A stretch of 64,000 nt of DNA from a virus: positions 1 to 64,000 of IMG/VR virus record IMGVR_UViG_3300010938_000004; one strand, given 5' to 3'. Positions 59,148 through 64,000 of this stretch are shown here, piece after piece; within the stretch, counting starts at the first letter, position 1, and the number at the start of each line of letters is the position of its first letter. A program made the position numbers and the translations under genes. A model generated the notes under the pieces. It saw only the letters and a list, made by a program, of their open reading frames with translations, was not told the origin of the DNA and searched no databases.

Positions 59148-62100
59148 TTGGTCCTCACCCGAGTAGCACTGTACGAGAACGAACGCGTTGACCTGGTGGA
59201 TCTTAAATCCATCGAGGCATACGCGCAGACCGACGTCCACTACCTGCTCAGGGGCGTGTACTCGCCCACGAGCTACATCCTGGGCGGCTTCCGGCTCTCT
59301 AACTATTCCGATCTGTTCGCCGCCTCTACACCGGTGAAAATCAAGGCCAGCGATGCAGCGCTCTTCCACCCAGAGGCAGCCACGCAGGCGCGTGGCTTCT
59401 ACGTCAGCGCGGGCAACGAAGACGACATCGAGGTCGCACTCTCCGCCTCTGCTACCAACTACCTTGAGCTTGATCTCAGTACGGAGACCGGCGCGCCTGA
59501 AGCCCGCGTCTTCGTGAATCCGCAGGGCTCGTCCGGAGCCGGGGAAGAGTATGAGGACGTGGTCGACGCCGCCATCTACTTGAAGCTCTCGATCACCGTC
59601 AACACCTCTGGTTTCACCTCCGGCAAGATTCCGCTGTACAAGATCGTGACGAATAGCTCGGGAGTGGCGACCTCAATCACCGACTGTCGCAGACTCCTCT
59701 TCCGATTGGGAACCGGCGGAACCACTCCGGACCCAGACGCCGTCTTCACGTGGCCGTCTGACCCCACGGCGAGCGACGCGCGTGCCGAGAATCCCTCTAC
59801 CTCCACCAGCTCGGCCGCGGCTGACGTTCCGTACGCGGGTGGTGACAAAAACATAGTGAATTTCAAGCAGTGGATGGATGCTGTCATGTCCATCTTGAAG
59901 GAGCTTGGCGGGGGTACTTACTGGTACAGCGACATAGACACTTCGATTGCGGGAGTCCTGCGACAGCTCAACACCGTAGTGGTGGGGAACACCTCCGGAG
60001 CCAAGTGGAGCTGGTCAGGATCGGCGCTTTCAATCACTGATTCGTCTGGTTCTCCCTCTTCTTCCGACAACGTCGCCAAAGTTCGAAGATTGGGCACAAG
60101 CCAAGACCTCAATCTGCGTCGCCAGGATGGCACCGCAAGCACGTCCACGATCGCCATTGCCGACGGTGAAGTGCTCTACATCACACTACCTGCGTCTGGC
60201 AACCAGAACTACAGCGGAGTAGGCTCGGGCGCTGCAAACTACAAGATCGCCACGCGGGCCGCCTTCACGCAGAATGAACTGAACTACTGGATTGCGTATC
60301 GTGAAGGCGCGCGCCTGTACGTCCGAGGCGGTATCGAGCTTGAGGCCAATGAGTCCAGTGAGATTGGCGACACGGTACCCATCACGCTTTTGAATAACAT
60401 TGGATTGGCATCTGAAATTGCGGCACCTTCTTATTCGTCTGATATTCGAGGCACTGCTGCTCAAAGCATCGTGGCGCGTGTCGGCGCCTTGACCGACGCT
60501 CTCGGCGACTACCAGGAAGATCGTTCGGCCATTCTCCGATCGGCGACTGCTTTGACCTGGTCAGGCACACAAGTCTCTTTTTCGTCTGACATTGTGCTCG
60601 ATGTGATTAACACCAAGAATGGTACCGCCAACACGTACACGGTCTCAACCGCGGGGAGTCCCATTGCTCTCTCTGACGGCCAGGTAGCGTACATCTCGGT
60701 CACCCGCGGGTCATCTGGCACTGCGTCCGTAACGGTCGGAGCGGCCACGCCGGCGCAAACGCAAGCTAATAAGGACGTGTTCGTGCTGTTCAAGCGGGTC
60801 GGCAGCGTGCTGCTTGTCCCGTTCAATAAGCAGGTATACACATCGGGTCAAATTGAGTACCTCGGCGGCTCCACACTGGGATCGATCCAAGGGCTGGGTC
60901 CGGATGATTCCATCGTCTTCGACGACTCGACGAACATCTTGTCATTCAATGCGGATAGTGGCAGCGGCAACATGCTGCTCTCGGCCGCAAAGTACATTGC
61001 GAACCGCTCTTCGACTGCAACCTTAGCCGACATCGCGTCCACCGCCACTACCTCGATTAACACTCCTGGCGTACTGGTAGCTACCACGTATACCAGTGGC
61101 CACTACATGCCCGGTATCACTTGGCACACTACAAACGAAAGCGCGACGGTTCCCAAAGCTGCTGTATTTGAATCTCATTCAGGCTCGTCCGGCTCCTCGG
61201 TTCTTATTGGAGTCACTAATACTTTTGCTTCTGGACTAAATAATTTTCACATTTTCACTGCTCGCGGACTAGAAGTAAACAGAACGGCCGCCACTGTCAT
61301 CTATGATCAGTACGTCTCATTACTACTTAGCCCTCCGCCCAGTGCGACTTACAACCAGCTCAGAGTGGCGTCAGCCACCAGCGGCTCTGATTCAACGCGA
61401 GCTGATATCTGGATCGCGACCACTTCAGCTACTTGTGGAGCGGGAGTTTACTTCGATGACTCGGCGACAGGGGAGGCGTGGTATGCAGGCAAAAGTACTA
61501 CCGCAGGCTTGTTCGCAATCGGTTACGCTGCAAATGCCACTGAGTCCAGTCGTCGTGCTGCTGCGAATTTTACTAATGCGCGACTGCTCATGAACTCGAA
61601 CGGAGTCACCGCCCTTGGTGATCAGCCTGCTATAGATACGAATTACGTCCTTTCGCTGCGCCCAACGTCTGGCAGTGATGGTGCCATTAAGCTGGTGAGC
61701 GGTAACGCAAATGCCACTCTAGCGATCGTTGCCCCAAACACAGGTTCAAGTTACATCAACGCCGTCGATGGGTCTGGGCTAAGAATCCTAGATGCGGGCT
61801 CATATGTGGCTACTTTCAATCATGACACCGTACGTGCATTTATGTCAGTCGGAACCAACAGCGCCGGTTCCGAGATCTCTCAAATCGGTCATTTCCACAA
61901 CCCGAGCGGCATATGTCGGGTACGTCTGTCAAACAACACGACGGGCACCACTGGCGGTGGCTACCTGCAAATGGGCACTGCTGACCTGGAACTCCGGAAC
62001 GAACAGAGTTCGGGTGAAATCCATATGGTGATCGATGATACGGACGGCACCCCGACTATCGCAGGAGAGTTCATTTCATCGGCATCGGGTAAGGCCTCTT

Positions 62101-62462
62101 TGGCTATCCCATTCCCCAGGACAGCGTCAGTAAGCGCAATCGGCTTTATCTCTGGCAGTAACGAAATAGCGATTTCTACTTCTTCCAGACGTTTCAAAGA
62201 AGACATCGAAGACTACACGGACATTCGCTCCGAACGGATATACGATCTCCAGCCTGTGAGATTCTGGTATAAAGGCGCCCAGGAAAAAGAGAAGGCTCCC
62301 TATCAGCCTAAATGCGTGGGTCTAATCGCAGAAGAAGTTTACAAAGTTCTGCCCGAAATCGTTCACCTGGACGCTGATATGAAGCCCTACACGGTGAAAT
62401 ACGATTTGTTGACGCTGTATCTGCTCGAAGAAGTGAAAAAGCTCAGGGAGCTTGTAAAGTAA
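59148..62462 (+). CDS. Tail fibre with C-terminal peptidase S74 intramolecular chaperone
   Basis: SSRRFKEDI..LQPVRF.YK..GLIAEEV..LPEIV..YD..coiled coil. Confidence 0.85.
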   Translation: MVLTRVALYENERVDLVDLKSIEAYAQTDVHYLLRGVYSPTSYILGGFRLSNYSDLFAASTPVKIKASDAALFHPEAATQARGFYVSAGNEDDIEVALSASATNYLELDLSTETGAPEARVFVNPQGSSGAGEEYEDVVDAAIYLKLSITVNTSGFTSGKIPLYKIVTNSSGVATSITDCRRLLFRLGTGGTTPDPDAVFTWPSDPTASDARAENPSTSTSSAAADVPYAGGDKNIVNFKQWMDAVMSILKELGGGTYWYSDIDTSIAGVLRQLNTVVVGNTSGAKWSWSGSALSITDSSGSPSSSDNVAKVRRLGTSQDLNLRRQDGTASTSTIAIADGEVLYITLPASGNQNYSGVGSGAANYKIATRAAFTQNELNYWIAYREGARLYVRGGIELEANESSEIGDTVPITLLNNIGLASEIAAPSYSSDIRGTAAQSIVARVGALTDALGDYQEDRSAILRSATALTWSGTQVSFSSDIVLDVINTKNGTANTYTVSTAGSPIALSDGQVAYISVTRGSSGTASVTVGAATPAQTQANKDVFVLFKRVGSVLLVPFNKQVYTSGQIEYLGGSTLGSIQGLGPDDSIVFDDSTNILSFNADSGSGNMLLSAAKYIANRSSTATLADIASTATTSINTPGVLVATTYTSGHYMPGITWHTTNESATVPKAAVFESHSGSSGSSVLIGVTNTFASGLNNFHIFTARGLEVNRTAATVIYDQYVSLLLSPPPSATYNQLRVASATSGSDSTRADIWIATTSATCGAGVYFDDSATGEAWYAGKSTTAGLFAIGYAANATESSRRAAANFTNARLLMNSNGVTALGDQPAIDTNYVLSLRPTSGSDGAIKLVSGNANATLAIVAPNTGSSYINAVDGSGLRILDAGSYVATFNHDTVRAFMSVGTNSAGSEISQIGHFHNPSGICRVRLSNNTTGTTGGGYLQMGTADLELRNEQSSGEIHMVIDDTDGTPTIAGEFISSASGKASLAIPFPRTASVSAIGFISGSNEIAISTSSRRFKEDIEDYTDIRSERIYDLQPVRFWYKGAQEKEKAPYQPKCVGLIAEEVYKVLPEIVHLDADMKPYTVKYDLLTLYLLEEVKKLRELVK

Positions 62463-63753
62463 CCGCGCCCTGCGGACACGCCAGCATGTTGCCGCACAAC
62501 GGCCAACAATCAGTGCTGGGCAACTCAATCTCTCGAAAAGAAGAGCGGGACTCGTAAAGTCTGGCTTTCTTCGTACTCGTAGACGCAAAGAATAGTGGGC
62601 CAGCGATAGTGTCGATCGAGTGCACAAAATACCAATAGGGAGAGATCCATAGCGAATCCCCGCCTCTGCCCACGAGCTGTTTGTATCCAGGGTAAAACAC
62701 CTCCCCTGCTACGCTGACTGGTCGCTGCAGCGTGTAATCATCGTAGTTCTCACCCAGCGCGGGGCTAGAGCCGCAAACCTGGCGAAGCTCTTCCACGGAG
62801 CTATTCCTGTAAAGCCCATCGGCATAGCGGACTTTCTTGACTTCAAGATTGGGCCAAGAAAGCTCCATAATCTGCCCGCTGTAGGTGGATGCTACGTACA
62901 GTGTGTCGCCCTCGAACAAGAGCCCATAGGGCATATTCCATCTCTCTTTTCCGGGCCCATTTCGTCCCACCACGTATCTAAACGCTAAGTCTGGAACCGT
63001 AAATTCCTGGATCATCCCGTTGTGGGCATCTGAGATCAGGACAGTGTCGTCGCTGGGCCCAGGCACCGTGGCCACCGGCCACAAAAAGGAGCCTGGCTCC
63101 CACCCGCGAGAAACTCGCCGGTTAATCAGCTCTCCAGTGGCGAGCGACCAGACGGATATACTCCTATCGCCGAGGCTCGTTCCCACTACGTAATCTCCCA
63201 CAATCGTGCCGCTGTGCGCATTGGGCGTATCCTGCGACCATAAGAAGGACCCATCAAGCAAATTGAAGACACTGACCGAATGGCTGTCGTAGCTCCCAAT
63301 CACTAAGCGATCGCCTTTTACGAACACGCTCTCAGGCGAGACGAGCGATCGGTGGGTAATTTGTCCTTCCAAAACGAGGGAATCTCCCCGAACCTTGAAC
63401 CACAGTACGTTGTTGTGCGGGTAGCTGGCCACGTATAGCAGCTCAGTCTCGCGATGCCAAAATAGGCCGGTGGGCGCCCATGCTGAAATTCTGCTTCCAT
63501 CCGACAACTCAGGGGTAAGCTTCCTGGTGTTCGGCCCATCTAGGTCCATCACGTCCTGGTAGTTGGCCGCGAGCAACCTGCCCTCCACCTTGGCCAAGGA
63601 AACGAAGTACGGGTGGGCGACTTTGCCCATGGAGACATACTGCGTATGCTCGGTAAAAATGGGTAGGATCTCTTGGAACCCGGCATTGTTATTTCGACCG
63701 CAGCTCAACAGTAAGAGCGCACAGGACAAAAGCAGCGTTATCCCATAACGCAT
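62443..63753 (-). CDS. Lipoprotein with NHL/beta-propeller repeats
   Basis: Lipobox LLSC; PTGL..LYVAS, WP..ISDAHN, PYGL..LYVAS. Confidence 0.7.
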   Translation of the reverse strand: MRYGITLLLSCALLLLSCGRNNNAGFQEILPIFTEHTQYVSMGKVAHPYFVSLAKVEGRLLAANYQDVMDLDGPNTRKLTPELSDGSRISAWAPTGLFWHRETELLYVASYPHNNVLWFKVRGDSLVLEGQITHRSLVSPESVFVKGDRLVIGSYDSHSVSVFNLLDGSFLWSQDTPNAHSGTIVGDYVVGTSLGDRSISVWSLATGELINRRVSRGWEPGSFLWPVATVPGPSDDTVLISDAHNGMIQEFTVPDLAFRYVVGRNGPGKERWNMPYGLLFEGDTLYVASTYSGQIMELSWPNLEVKKVRYADGLYRNSSVEELRQVCGSSPALGENYDDYTLQRPVSVAGEVFYPGYKQLVGRGGDSLWISPYWYFVHSIDTIAGPLFFASTSTKKARLYESRSSFREIELPSTDCWPLCGNMLACPQGAVTLQAP

Positions 63754-63885
63754 CTGGGTTGCGGGAAGCTTCAGGTCTTTACGGTTCACCCCTGCCTCCA
63801 TCCAAGTCTACGCCAGCATTGCGCAATGGCCGCCCAGGTAGGGCTTTCTTCTCTCCTCGTCTTTGTGCTTGCGCCCTTTGGGCGC

Positions 63886-63999
63886 CTATTCCAATGATTC
63901 CAAAAGCGTAGACAACTTGCTCTTGCGCTTCTCTAGGGACCGGAGCGCTTTTTCAATTTTCTTTTTCCCAGCCTTGACCGCTTCCTCTCTAGAAAAGAA
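63886..63999 (-). CDS. Partial hypothetical protein (3' end only)
   Basis: FFSREEAVKAGKKKIEKALRSLEKRKSKL..* runs off the window edge. Confidence 0.45.
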   Translation of the reverse strand, partial: FFSREEAVKAGKKKIEKALRSLEKRKSKLSTLLESLE

Positions 64000-64000
64000 A

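Noticed and set aside
26031-62462. Bacterial contractile injection system or tailocin rather than a phage
   Set aside because: Neck/head-completion genes, a helicase, a ligase and many phage-style small ORFs are interleaved, which fits a phage genome.

Overview
This window looks like 64 kb of a large contractile-tailed (myovirus, probably jumbo) phage genome. The + strand carries a dispersed morphogenesis set: neck/head-completion genes, tail terminator, sheath, three tube-like paralogs, chaperones, tape measure, hub, spike, a gp25-like fusion, a giant baseplate J, a second wedge protein and an S74-chaperoned fibre. Accessory blocks interrupt it, with an SNF2 helicase, DNA ligase, RavA/ViaA-like pair, ClpX, PhaR-like, C39 and HExxH peptidases, IS remnants and several broken genes. 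The most striking signal is a set of His/Lys-rich modular proteins (1-1800, 13395-14351, 14348-19105, 40516-42342). Their unrelated domains (zincin, 2x GNAT, 2x ART-like, ParB-like, NUDIX, 2x CarD, Cys-less radical-SAM-like) are separated by a recurring [LIVM]-x-K-[SA]-(E) motif that resembles a prohead-protease site. This suggests capsid-packaged polyproteins cut into injected effectors. Other highlights are a stand-alone mCpol-like cyclase next to the largest polyprotein, a ~210-nt tRNA-mimic ncRNA, leaderless promoters, RBS-occluding hairpins on sheath/tube genes and a TTGAC-N7-GTCAA operator-like motif. All family calls come from motif recognition by eye; no searches were run.
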